Assembly: GCA_024638265.1 (NCBI GenBank)
Contig: JAHEKQ010000011.1
Coordinates: forward strand, 1,333 to 65,332
Source of the DNA: Flammeovirgaceae bacterium
GTDB lineage: Bacteria; Bacteroidota; Bacteroidia; Cytophagales; Cyclobacteriaceae
Reading direction: 5' to 3'
DNA: 64,000 nt
This document shows, piece by piece, positions 25,747-37,151 of the stretch. A program made the translations under genes and the position numbers. The notes under the pieces are model-generated. The model did not search any database. It saw only the letters and a list, made by a program, of their open reading frames with translations, and was not told the origin of the DNA. Each line of letters opens with the position of its first letter. Position 1 is the stretch's first letter.

Positions 25747-28080
25747 TTAATAATCACCTTTGTACCTTTTTAGGAAGGTAATCCGTCTGCTCAGTTTTTC
25801 TCCATTTCCATCGACCAGGGTGATGGTGTGAAGACCCGGTTCAGGGTCAATGGCAAGTTGATGGTTTCCCCGGGTCATTCCCTGATATTCATGATCGATA
25901 TGCCAATAAACCACCTCTTTTTTATCCCGATGGGCAATTTCAAGCAATAATTTACTCTTTGAACCATCTAGTTGATAGGGAATGTATACGCTACTGCCCG
26001 CATTGGGATAAATAAACTGCATGGGGGCAAACTGGTCACCTCTACACCCGGTTTTAAGCGGTGGAAGAATAGAATAGCTGCCGTTTCTGAGGGAGTAGAA
26101 ATATTCCTGGACCGGGGGAAGTGCAAACCATGTAGTGTCCAGCATCCTGGAAACCGGGTAGCATTCCGCAGTCACACGAAAATTACCACCGGCATCGAGG
26201 TGAATTTTCCTGTGATAATCACATCCGGTCTGAATGAACAAGGAATTGAAAACCTGGCTGAAGTGTGTTTCCGGGCATAAATCTGAAGCTCGCTTGCCTG
26301 ATCTAGAACAAATTTCCATGGATTTCCAACCTTGAGTGGGCTTGAGAAACCAATTCTCATACTCCAGGCCTGAAAGAATGTCGAACATTATGGGTGCCGC
26401 AGTCTTTATTCCTGTCAACCCGGGCCTTCCTTCACCATCAGCATTCCCAGTCCATACCCCAACAACATATTGGGGAGTAACCCCGATGGCCCAGGCATCG
26501 CGGTGCCCAAAACTGGTCCCGGTCTTCCAGGCCACTGTACTGGAGGAGGAGAATGATTGCCACCTTCCCTCTTCGTCAGGACGAATAACCTGTTTCAGGG
26601 CATCAAAGGTATGCCAGATCGCAGCGGGATCGAAAGGATATGGTCCCTCCATTGTTTTTGGATTCCCTTTTTCGGTATGCAATACAGGGAGTGGGGAATT
26701 TTTCCCGTTGGCCAGGCGGAATCCCATTTGAAGATACATCTGTGACATATCCCATAATGTTCCTTCGGCTCCTCCAAGGATAAGCGATAAGCCATATCTC
26801 CCTGCATCTGTATCAAGGGTACTCATTCCAAGGTCATTGAGAAGCGAATGAAATTTCTCATAGCGATATTGACGAAGGATCTGAACAGCAGGAACATTCA
26901 ATGACCTGTATAGTGCCTCGTTCGCCGGAACAGCACCATCAAATGAACCATCAAAGTTATTGGGATTAAAACCATCAATATAAAGTGGTATATCGGGGAC
27001 CAGCTCTCCAGGCATCATGAGCCCTTCCTGGATCATTGCCGTGTAAAGGAATGGTTTTAGCAGGCTTCCCGTGCTGCGCGGTGCCTTGATAATATCGACA
27101 TCCTGCCCATGATCAATTCCACTGGCCACGTTACCGATATAGGCCAGAACTTCACCGGTATTTACCCGGGCAATAATCGCTGCGGCATTGTGTATTTCAT
27201 TTGGTGACAATTTTGAATACGCCCTGTCCAGGACTTCGTACAGATGCTCCTGGAGACGGAGGTCAATAGTGCTTTTGGTGATCGACCCAGGATTTTCAAC
27301 TCTCATTCGATTCAGCAAATGAACAGACCTTGCAGGAAGTTCTTTGGGTTTTTGAGGTATCTCCTCTGTTTTGGCCAATCGGTTGGTCAAACTGTCGATT
27401 TCCCCATTCTCCAGCAGTTTGTCGAGGAGGAAATCCCTTTTTAGTTTTAGTGCATTCCTGTTCCTGCCTGGATGAATCAACCCGGGACTATTGGGTAACA
27501 CTGCCAGTGTTGCCGCTTCCGACCAGGATAATTCAGAGGGACTCCGTCCGTAATAACGCCAGGCCGCTGCATCCAGGCCAACGACATTTCCACCAAATGG
27601 TGCATTGGCACTGTACAAATCAAGAATCTCATTTTTAGAATGTCGCAACTCAAGGCGTGTCGCAAGGATCATCTCGAATATTTTCTCAAGGAAGGTCCGA
27701 CCCCTTTGCCTTGACAGCCTGATCACCTGCATGGTGATCGTGCTTCCCCCGCTCACCACCTCACCCCTTTGAATATTCTGCCAAAGTGCCCTTAACGTAC
27801 TGATGGGATTGACCCCCGGGTGATAATAAAAGTACTCATCTTCATAATAGAGAAGTGCCTTTTCAAACTTTTCAGATGGGGACTCTCCCATCGGGAATCG
27901 CCATTGTCCATCTGTCGCAATCGAGGCACCCAGCAATTCTCCATCCCGGTCCAGCACCACGGTTGAATATTCAGCTGGAAACAGATTCTCAGGTAGGGAG
28001 AAATAGAACCAAACCCCCAGTAAAACTGCAAGTCCGAACAGGATACGAATCTTTAAACGCCGTCTCATCAATGCTGGCAT
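25747..28080 (-). CDS. pbpC: Penicillin-binding protein 1C (bifunctional glycosyltransferase/transpeptidase)
   Basis: GT51 motifs EDEYFYYHPGVNP and GGSTITMQ. Transpeptidase motifs STGSLLKP (SxxK), SLN and KTGTS. A PBP1C-type C-terminal extension is present. Confidence 0.85.
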   Translation of the reverse strand: MPALMRRRLKIRILFGLAVLLGVWFYFSLPENLFPAEYSTVVLDRDGELLGASIATDGQWRFPMGESPSEKFEKALLYYEDEYFYYHPGVNPISTLRALWQNIQRGEVVSGGSTITMQVIRLSRQRGRTFLEKIFEMILATRLELRHSKNEILDLYSANAPFGGNVVGLDAAAWRYYGRSPSELSWSEAATLAVLPNSPGLIHPGRNRNALKLKRDFLLDKLLENGEIDSLTNRLAKTEEIPQKPKELPARSVHLLNRMRVENPGSITKSTIDLRLQEHLYEVLDRAYSKLSPNEIHNAAAIIARVNTGEVLAYIGNVASGIDHGQDVDIIKAPRSTGSLLKPFLYTAMIQEGLMMPGELVPDIPLYIDGFNPNNFDGSFDGAVPANEALYRSLNVPAVQILRQYRYEKFHSLLNDLGMSTLDTDAGRYGLSLILGGAEGTLWDMSQMYLQMGFRLANGKNSPLPVLHTEKGNPKTMEGPYPFDPAAIWHTFDALKQVIRPDEEGRWQSFSSSSTVAWKTGTSFGHRDAWAIGVTPQYVVGVWTGNADGEGRPGLTGIKTAAPIMFDILSGLEYENWFLKPTQGWKSMEICSRSGKRASDLCPETHFSQVFNSLFIQTGCDYHRKIHLDAGGNFRVTAECYPVSRMLDTTWFALPPVQEYFYSLRNGSYSILPPLKTGCRGDQFAPMQFIYPNAGSSVYIPYQLDGSKSKLLLEIAHRDKKEVVYWHIDHEYQGMTRGNHQLAIDPEPGLHTITLVDGNGEKLSRRITFLKRYKGDY

Positions 28081-28128
28081 TTCTTTATTAACTTGTTAAT
28101 TAGATTAACGATATTAAAAATAGCATAA

Positions 28129-29589
28129 ATGGATCTCAATATCAGCCTGGCTAACGTAGTTACGATCGGCTATTATATCATTGCGATCAGTACTGTTATT
28201 TATGTAATTCTTGATAACCGCCCGCCACTTAAAACCCTCTCATGGATATTGGTATTGCTCTTCCTGCCCCTGATCGGCATGATACTTTACTTCTATTTTG
28301 GACATAATTTCAGGAAAGAGAAGCTTTTTGAGGGTAAAAAGAAACTTGATTACAAGGAATTTTCACGACTGGTCAGTGAACAGTCGATAAATATTAACCT
28401 CCATAAAGGGAGGTTGCACCCGGATATTCAGAGCAAACTGAAAGTAATCAATTTACTCCTTGCCAACGGAAAATCGAGGGTAAGCCGCAAAAACAGGGCT
28501 ACTGTGCTTCAAGATGGTAAGGAAACTTATGAAAGTATCCTCACTGCACTGAGAAAGGCCGAAAAGCACATTCACATCGAGTACTATATTTTCGAAGAGG
28601 GCGAGATTGCAGATCAGATCAAAGATATACTTGTTAAAAAGGCGGCGAAAGAGCACGTTGTAGTAAGGTTCATTTATGACAGCGTGGGAAGTTGGAACCT
28701 GAGCAATGGTTATGTCAGGGAATTACAAAAGGCCGGAGTTCGTACTGAAGCAGCACTTCCTGTTCGCTTTCCCACACTTACGAGCAAGGTTAATTACAGG
28801 AATCACAGGAAAATCATCGTAGTCGATGGGAAAGTAGGATTTCTGGGGGGAATAAATATTTCCGATAAGTATATCAAGGGGGATCCTGAACTCAAGGTGC
28901 CGTGGAGAGATACCCATTTAAGGCTCGAAGGTGATGCCGTGAACGATTTACAGCTCATATTTCTCACTGACTGGTATTTCCTGACCGACGAGGAAATCGC
29001 AGAAGAATCAGTCTACTTTCCCGGAAGTGAAATTGAAGAGGAGTGTATTGTCCAGGTATTGGCCAGTGGACCAGACACAGACTTCCAAGGGGTGATGAAG
29101 GCATATTTTAGTGCGATTACTACCGCCAGGGACTCTTTAACTATTGTTTCGCCATACTTTATTCCCAATGAAGCGGTATTAACAGGGCTTAAAACAACTG
29201 CCGCCAGTGGAGTGAAGGTAAGGATGATGCTGCCCGGGGTCAGCGACTCAAAACTGGTTCAGTTTGCCTCTCAATCTTACTTTGAGGAACTTCTGGAATC
29301 CGGGGTAAAAATCTACTTGTATTACGGTGGCTTCATTCATGCGAAAGTGCTCATGGTTGATGGAATTTATTCCACGATAGGGACCGCTAATATGGATTTC
29401 CGCAGTTTTGAACAAAATCTAGAAGTAAATGCCATCATTTACGACCGCGGAATCCATCACGAGCTTATCACACAGTTTGAAAAAGACCTCGAGAGGTGCA
29501 AAGAAGTAACCCTTGAAGAGTGGCGGCAACGACACAGGGGTCGGAAGATCACTGAATCCTTCAGTCGATTATTTGCCCCCATTATGTAA
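28129..29589 (+). CDS. cls: Cardiolipin synthase
   Basis: Two N-terminal TM helices and two HKD motifs (HRKIIVVDG and HAKVLMVDG). Confidence 0.9.
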   Translation: MDLNISLANVVTIGYYIIAISTVIYVILDNRPPLKTLSWILVLLFLPLIGMILYFYFGHNFRKEKLFEGKKKLDYKEFSRLVSEQSININLHKGRLHPDIQSKLKVINLLLANGKSRVSRKNRATVLQDGKETYESILTALRKAEKHIHIEYYIFEEGEIADQIKDILVKKAAKEHVVVRFIYDSVGSWNLSNGYVRELQKAGVRTEAALPVRFPTLTSKVNYRNHRKIIVVDGKVGFLGGINISDKYIKGDPELKVPWRDTHLRLEGDAVNDLQLIFLTDWYFLTDEEIAEESVYFPGSEIEEECIVQVLASGPDTDFQGVMKAYFSAITTARDSLTIVSPYFIPNEAVLTGLKTTAASGVKVRMMLPGVSDSKLVQFASQSYFEELLESGVKIYLYYGGFIHAKVLMVDGIYSTIGTANMDFRSFEQNLEVNAIIYDRGIHHELITQFEKDLERCKEVTLEEWRQRHRGRKITESFSRLFAPIM

Positions 29590-29720
29590 TGGGTGAAATC
29601 CACTAATCTGTGAAAATCCCTGATTCTCAAAATAGGCCCCCAAAGCTATTCATGCCCTATATTCCAATCGTGCGGTGATTCAGATCCATTTCTCAAAATC
29701 ATAAGGTCTTCCGGTTAATC

Positions 29721-29728
29721 TATATTTG
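29721..29728 (+). promoter_or_regulatory. Candidate -7 promoter box (TATATTTG) for ssb
   Basis: Match to TAnnTTTG, 37 nt upstream of the ATG at 29766. Confidence 0.4.
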
Positions 29729-29765
29729 TTCCATACAATTATTTATCATTATAATCATATTTGAT

Positions 29766-30128
29766 ATGGCAAACATGAAAAACAGGGTCCAGTTAATTGG
29801 CCATTTGGGCAATGACCCGGAGGTTGTCAAATTCGACAGCGGAAAAGTAAAAGTTAGCTTCAGGCTTGCTACCAGCGAGAATTACAAAAACGGTGCTGGT
29901 GAGTGGGTGAATGAAGTCCAATGGCACACGATTGTTGGATGGGAAGGCATGGCAAAGAAGGTGGAGCGATTACAACTGACCAAGGGTGCAGAGATTGCCC
30001 TGCAAGGTAAGATCGTACACCGCACCTATGATGATCCACAAGGAAACAAGAAATACTTTACTGAAATCAACATGGATGCCTTTGACCTTATCAAAAAGGC
30101 CAAAGAAGTGGAAGAGCAACAGGCTTAG
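29766..30128 (+). CDS. ssb: Single-stranded DNA-binding protein, short form without the canonical acidic C-terminal tip
   Basis: OB-fold signature NRVQLIGHLGNDPEV...FRLATSE...W...VWHTIV.W. 120 aa, ending ...KKAKEVEEQQA. Confidence 0.85.
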   Translation: MANMKNRVQLIGHLGNDPEVVKFDSGKVKVSFRLATSENYKNGAGEWVNEVQWHTIVGWEGMAKKVERLQLTKGAEIALQGKIVHRTYDDPQGNKKYFTEINMDAFDLIKKAKEVEEQQA

Positions 30129-30147
30129 GTAAATTTCAGAGTTGCCT

Positions 30148-30180
30148 GGGGCTGGCCGTCTTTGGCGGTCAGCCCCTCTT
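30148..30180 (+). terminator. Rho-independent terminator after ssb (convergent junction)
   Basis: Stem ggggctggccg / cggtcagcccc with one mismatch, followed by tcttt. Confidence 0.65.
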
Positions 30181-30181
30181 T

Positions 30182-33100
30182 CTAATTTTTACCCATAATA
30201 ATCGGAGTGACCTTCTCACTGGCAAGCAGGTCAAGGAATTGAGTCAGCTTCCCTGATTTCAAATCATTAAAAGCTTTCAGGTTGACCTCGTGTTCCATTT
30301 TCACATCCATCCATCGGTCCAGCACTCCACCGGTAGGCGGACCATGGTAGCGGACCAGGACTCCGTATAGCCTTCCGATATGATTGGAAAACTTCCTGGG
30401 ATAATTGATCGCATCCTGGCTGGTTTCAATCTTGTTCTGAATAATTTCTCCTTCTACTTCGGTCAGGGATTTACTCAGGGATTTTGCCTGTTCCACAAGT
30501 TCTTTTGAATAACCGGCCTTTTCAGTGCGTTTTGAAATATCATCCACCTGCTCTCGGATACTTCTCAGCTCCCGGATCAGGTCCTGGGATTCCTGGATAG
30601 TTGCCATGATCTCCCTGGCGAGTTGCCATTGTTGGTCAAAATCTTCCTGGGCGAGATGATCCCAGCGAGGGTCCTTTTCAACTGTGAAATCCACCGACTC
30701 GTTTTCACCCGAAATATCAAAAGAGATAATATACTTACCCGGGGGTATATAAGGTCCCTGTTCGCGGTTTCCCATAACCATGGATACAAAGTCTGGTACA
30801 ATTTCCGGCCCTGTAGTCCTGAGGTTCCAGTACAGGGAGTTCAGGCCAATCTCTGGCTCAATCTTACTTTCACCTTCGGTAGGATCTGAGCTGAAACTCT
30901 TGACTACTTCTTCTCCTTTTAAAACCTTGATCTTAAGCTCAGTTTCTTCAGCCAGGTAATAGAATATCCTGAGTCCTTTTCCACCGACATTGGTTCGATA
31001 AGCGGTTTTGGGTTTGAAAATAAAAGGCATTCCGGCATCTGCTTCTTTGGCTTGTTGCAGGGGCCCAAGATCATCCAGAATCCAAAATGATCTACCCTGC
31101 GTACTCAGGGCCAGTGAATTATCAATCCATTCTGCATCTGTGATGGGGACCACGGGTAAATTCAACTGTAAGGATTTCCAGCTTTTTCCATCATTAAAAG
31201 AGACATACATACCAAACTCGGTTCCGGCATACAGCAGTCCTTTTACTTTATTGTCTTCAATAACCACCCTGGTAAAATGATCATCTGGAATCCCATTTTT
31301 GCCATCGGACAGTAAATCCCAGTTTTTTCCATAGTCGGAAGTTTTAAGGATATAAGGTGAAAAGTCCTTGTAGCGATAATTATAAACGGCAATGTAAGCC
31401 ACGGCAGCATCATGGACGGATGGATAAATCTTATTCACCGTTCCTTCAAGGGGAATCGCAGAAGGGGTCACATCCTGCCAGGTACTTCCATTATCCCTGG
31501 AAATATGGACCATGCCATCATCACTGCCTGCCCACATCAGCCCCTGTTCGATGCTTGAAAGCTCGAAGGCAAAGATGGTCGAATAGATCTCCACACCGGT
31601 TCCGTCGTGTTGTACGGGACCCCCGGGAATATCGTGGTATTCGTCAATAGCCCTGGTAAGATCAGGACTGATCACTTCCCATGTTGCGCCCTGGTCCGTG
31701 GATTTCATTACCACATTCGAGGTATGAAAGATCTCATCCGGGTTAAAGGGATTGATAGTAATCGGGAAGTTCCACTGCCAACGGTATTTCAAGTCCCTTT
31801 GTTCAGTTCCCTCGGTATAGTGCGGGTATGCAGTTCTCTCCTGGATATAGTCTTTTGACAGATCCATATATGTTATTTCTCCACTGTATGCCCCTGCGTA
31901 CATCACATTGGGATTGCGCGGATCGACGGCCACATCTCCGCTTTCTGCGCCACCGGCTGAACTCCAATGTTGAAATGGAGTCAAAGCGGGCCTATATGAG
32001 CTTGGTACAGAAATGGTCGTATTATCCTGCTGGCCAGCATACACTCTGAAGGGGAACTGATTATCCACGGATACCCGGTAAAACTCCGAGGTGGGTTGAT
32101 TGTATTGGGTGGACCAGGAATCACCTCCATTGAGTGAAACATTGGCACCCCCGTCGTTACAGTTGATCATAATATCCGTATTATCAGGATTAATCCATAC
32201 ACCGTGATTATCTCCATGGGGCGTCCATATTCTATCAAACGTCTTACCCCCATCAATTGACTTATAGAAGCCTGTATTGGAAGCATAGATCACATTCTCA
32301 TCCCTGGGATCCGCGGTAATGTGGGTATAATACCAGCCTCTCTGACGCAGCTTATGATGCCTGTTTACCTTTGTCCAGGTTTCTCCTCCATTTTCAGAAC
32401 GATACAGGCCGCCATCAGACTCTATTTTGGTTTGGATCAGCGCCCAGACCCTCGACGGGTTGGAAGGCGATAACGTAAGGCCTATTCGACCAACAACCCC
32501 TGTGGGCAGGCCACCTTCCAATTTCTTCCATGTATCCCCTCCATCTTTGGTTTTCCAAATTCCCCCTTGCATGCCACCGTCGATCAATGTCCAGGGCTTA
32601 CGCTCAGCCCGCCACATGGCGGCATAAATGATCCGTGGATTTTTTGGGTCCATCGCCAGGTCAATAGCCCCGGTGCTGTCACTTACATACAATACCTTAT
32701 CCCAGCTTTTACCCCCATCCGACGACCGGAATATTCCCCTTTGATTATTGGAACCAAAGACATTTCCCAGAGCCGCCACATAAACTAGATCGGGATTCCG
32801 GGGGTGAACTTCTATTTTTCCTACCTGCCCCGCTTCAGATAAACCTGAATGTTCCCAGGTTTTACCTTTATCCATTGACTTATAAATACCGATTCCAGGA
32901 GATACATTTCCGCGTGCGCAGGCAGAACCCGTTCCTACATAGATCACATTCACATCGGAAGGTGCTACGGTAATGGCACCAATAGAACCCGCCTTAAAAT
33001 CTTTATCGCTTATATTATTCCATGAAGTGCCTGCATCAGTAGTCTCCCAGACACCACCGCCTGTAGTCCCCATATAAAATGTAAATGGTTCTCCGGCTAC

Positions 33101-33253
33101 TCCGGCTACAGCCGTGGAGCGGCCTCCGCGGGTCGGGCCCACAGACCGGTATTCCAGGCCATCGTATAATGAGGGATCAGGTTCTTGTGCATGAAGCGAT
33201 AACGCAGATGCCACAAGCAATGTGAGGAGAGGTAATTTTGGCAAGCTTCTCAT
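30182..33253 (-). CDS. Secreted BNR/Asp-box repeat protein, sortilin/VPS10-like double beta-propeller
   Basis: Signal peptide, and about 10 Asp-box motifs SxDxGxTW (TDAGTSW, SMDKGKTW, SSDGGKSW, TKDGGDTW, SENGGETW, SIDGGKTF, STDQGATW, SRDNGSTW and others); 1023 aa. Confidence 0.75.
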   Translation of the reverse strand: MRSLPKLPLLTLLVASALSLHAQEPDPSLYDGLEYRSVGPTRGGRSTAVAGVAGEPFTFYMGTTGGGVWETTDAGTSWNNISDKDFKAGSIGAITVAPSDVNVIYVGTGSACARGNVSPGIGIYKSMDKGKTWEHSGLSEAGQVGKIEVHPRNPDLVYVAALGNVFGSNNQRGIFRSSDGGKSWDKVLYVSDSTGAIDLAMDPKNPRIIYAAMWRAERKPWTLIDGGMQGGIWKTKDGGDTWKKLEGGLPTGVVGRIGLTLSPSNPSRVWALIQTKIESDGGLYRSENGGETWTKVNRHHKLRQRGWYYTHITADPRDENVIYASNTGFYKSIDGGKTFDRIWTPHGDNHGVWINPDNTDIMINCNDGGANVSLNGGDSWSTQYNQPTSEFYRVSVDNQFPFRVYAGQQDNTTISVPSSYRPALTPFQHWSSAGGAESGDVAVDPRNPNVMYAGAYSGEITYMDLSKDYIQERTAYPHYTEGTEQRDLKYRWQWNFPITINPFNPDEIFHTSNVVMKSTDQGATWEVISPDLTRAIDEYHDIPGGPVQHDGTGVEIYSTIFAFELSSIEQGLMWAGSDDGMVHISRDNGSTWQDVTPSAIPLEGTVNKIYPSVHDAAVAYIAVYNYRYKDFSPYILKTSDYGKNWDLLSDGKNGIPDDHFTRVVIEDNKVKGLLYAGTEFGMYVSFNDGKSWKSLQLNLPVVPITDAEWIDNSLALSTQGRSFWILDDLGPLQQAKEADAGMPFIFKPKTAYRTNVGGKGLRIFYYLAEETELKIKVLKGEEVVKSFSSDPTEGESKIEPEIGLNSLYWNLRTTGPEIVPDFVSMVMGNREQGPYIPPGKYIISFDISGENESVDFTVEKDPRWDHLAQEDFDQQWQLAREIMATIQESQDLIRELRSIREQVDDISKRTEKAGYSKELVEQAKSLSKSLTEVEGEIIQNKIETSQDAINYPRKFSNHIGRLYGVLVRYHGPPTGGVLDRWMDVKMEHEVNLKAFNDLKSGKLTQFLDLLASEKVTPIIMGKN

Positions 33254-33311
33254 AATTTGGGATTTGAAAGTAAAATATAAAATCCCGCATCGTAATTGCC
33301 TACCGTTTAAA

Positions 33312-33340
33312 ACAAAAAAAGCCGCATAAAGCGGCTTTTG
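33312..33340 (-). terminator. Rho-independent terminator after rpsJ
   Basis: On the - strand, hairpin aaaagccgc-tttat-gcggctttt followed by a U-run (A-run 33314-33320 on the + strand). Confidence 0.7.
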
Positions 33341-33358
33341 AATTTCGTTAGCTAAAGA

Positions 33359-33664
33359 TCAAACTTTGATTTCAACATCAACACCACTGGGAAGCTCGAG
33401 TTTCATAAGAGCATCGACTGTTTTGGTGCTGTTTGAATAAATATCCACCAGCCTTTTATAAGTACAAAGCTGAAATTGCTCCCTGGACTTTTTGTTTACG
33501 TGGGGTGATCGAAGGACAGTAAATTTTTCTTTTTCTGTGGGAAGGGGGATTGGCCCGCTTACAACAGCTCCTGTAGTCTTTACCGCACGTACGATCTTCT
33601 CGGAAGATTTGTCAACCAAGTTGTGATCGTAAGACCTGAGTTTTATTCTTATTTTCTGATTCAT
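33359..33664 (-). CDS. rpsJ: 30S ribosomal protein S10
   Basis: [14 protein letters not shown]...; 101 aa. Confidence 0.97.
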   Translation of the reverse strand: MNQKIRIKLRSYDHNLVDKSSEKIVRAVKTTGAVVSGPIPLPTEKEKFTVLRSPHVNKKSREQFQLCTYKRLVDIYSNSTKTVDALMKLELPSGVDVEIKV

Positions 33665-33676
33665 CTTCTTTGATAA

Positions 33677-35809
<2,133 letters not shown>

Positions 35810-35848
35810 TATTTTGAGTTCCTAACTATTAAATTGAGTTCTTAACTT

Positions 35849-36316
35849 TTAAAATCTGAAGTGAGAAAATGCTTTGTTCGCTTCAGCCATCCTGTGGGTG
35901 TCATCCTTTTTCTTCACCGCAGCACCTTCTCCTTTAGATGCAGCGACTATTTCACCTGCTAACCTGTCGACCATGGTCTTTTCGTTTCTCTTCCTGGCAA
36001 AATCAATCATCCACTTAATTCCCAGGTTGACTTTCCTGTCGGGACGTACTTCGAGGGGAACCTGGAATGTGGCACCACCGACTCTTCTACTCTTAACCTC
36101 AACAGCAGGCATCACATTTTCCAATGCCTTTTTCCAAATATCCAGCCCGTCTTCTCCGGTCCTCTCACTGACGATATCAATAGCATCATAAAAAATCTGG
36201 TAAGACAGATTCTTCTTGCCCTGAATCATCGAGTAATTAACAAACTTAGTTACCAGGGTATCCTGGAACTTAGGATCTGGAAGCAAATAACGCTTTTTGG
36301 GTTTACGCTTTCTCAT
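35849..36316 (-). CDS. rpsG: 30S ribosomal protein S7
   Basis: 155 aa with conserved S7 sequence ([15 protein letters not shown]). Confidence 0.97.
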   Translation of the reverse strand: MRKRKPKKRYLLPDPKFQDTLVTKFVNYSMIQGKKNLSYQIFYDAIDIVSERTGEDGLDIWKKALENVMPAVEVKSRRVGGATFQVPLEVRPDRKVNLGIKWMIDFARKRNEKTMVDRLAGEIVAASKGEGAAVKKKDDTHRMAEANKAFSHFRF

Positions 36317-36322
36317 CTTCTA

Positions 36323-36697
36323 TTAACTCTTAGGCCTTTTAGCACCGTATTTTGATCTTCTTTGGAGTCTGCCATTTACACCAGCTGTGTCCAATGCGCC
36401 CCTGATAATGTGATATCTCACTCCGGGTAAATCTTTCACCCTGCCACCACGTATCAGGACAATACTGTGTTCCTGGAGATTGTGACCTTCACCGGGAATA
36501 TAGGCGTTTACTTCCTTGTTATTCGTAAGCCTAACCCTGGCCACTTTCCTCATGGCAGAGTTAGGTTTTTTAGGAGTAGTGGTATATACCCTTGTACAGA
36601 CTCCTCTCCTCTGAGGACAAGAATCCAACGCGGGTGACTTTGATTTGGAAGTCAAAGTCTTCCTGCCCTTTCTTACTAGCTGTTGTATAGTTGGCAT
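36323..36697 (-). CDS. rpsL: 30S ribosomal protein S12
   Basis: [12 protein letters not shown]...PKKPNSA.RK; 124 aa. Confidence 0.97.
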   Translation of the reverse strand: MPTIQQLVRKGRKTLTSKSKSPALDSCPQRRGVCTRVYTTTPKKPNSAMRKVARVRLTNNKEVNAYIPGEGHNLQEHSIVLIRGGRVKDLPGVRYHIIRGALDTAGVNGRLQRRSKYGAKRPKS

Positions 36698-36743
36698 TAA
36701 CTCTTCTCTTTTTTAATTTCTTTTACCCCATTTTTTGGGACTG

Positions 36744-36751
36744 CAAAGGTA
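36744..36751 (-). promoter_or_regulatory. Candidate -7 promoter box (TACCTTTG) for rpsL-rpsG-fusA-rpsJ
   Basis: Match to TAnnTTTG, 46 nt upstream of the rpsL ATG. Confidence 0.5.
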
Positions 36752-36824
36752 TATAAATGAGAAATAGGATACAATTCATCAGTTTAGATTTTTTGTACCC
36801 TATTTCACGGTTTCATATTAACGA

Positions 36825-37151
36825 TCAGGCCTCACCCATGGTATTTCCGAAATTGATCGGAAACTTTGGTGTGTCTTCCGTCTTTTTTATCGGCCCGAAC
36901 GTATTTTCATATTTCTCGATATTATCCTCAAGGGCCTTCAACAACCTCTTGGCATGTTCGGGAGTTATGACAATTCTGGATTTAACCTTTGCCTTGGGAA
37001 CTCCCGGCATCAGCCGGATAAAATCGATGACAAATTCGCTATTGGAATGTGCTATCATTGCCAGGTTTGCATATTCACCTTCTGCAATTTCTTCAGAAAG
37101 CTCAATATTTATCTGGTTCTGATTAGGCGCATTTTTCTTATCGTCCGCCAT
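36825..37151 (-). CDS. DUF3467-family protein
   Basis: 108 aa. Sequence style I recognise as DUF3467 (INIELSEEIAEGEYANLAMIAHSNSEFVIDFI). TAATG overlap with the rpoC stop. Confidence 0.75.
   Translation of the reverse strand: MADDKKNAPNQNQINIELSEEIAEGEYANLAMIAHSNSEFVIDFIRLMPGVPKAKVKSRIVITPEHAKRLLKALEDNIEKYENTFGPIKKTEDTPKFPINFGNTMGEA

Noticed and set aside
36761-36797. aaatagg ... cctattt inverted repeat downstream of DUF3467 as a terminator
   Set aside because: It is a 7 bp AT-rich stem with a loop of about 21 nt and no U-run, which is too weak to call.
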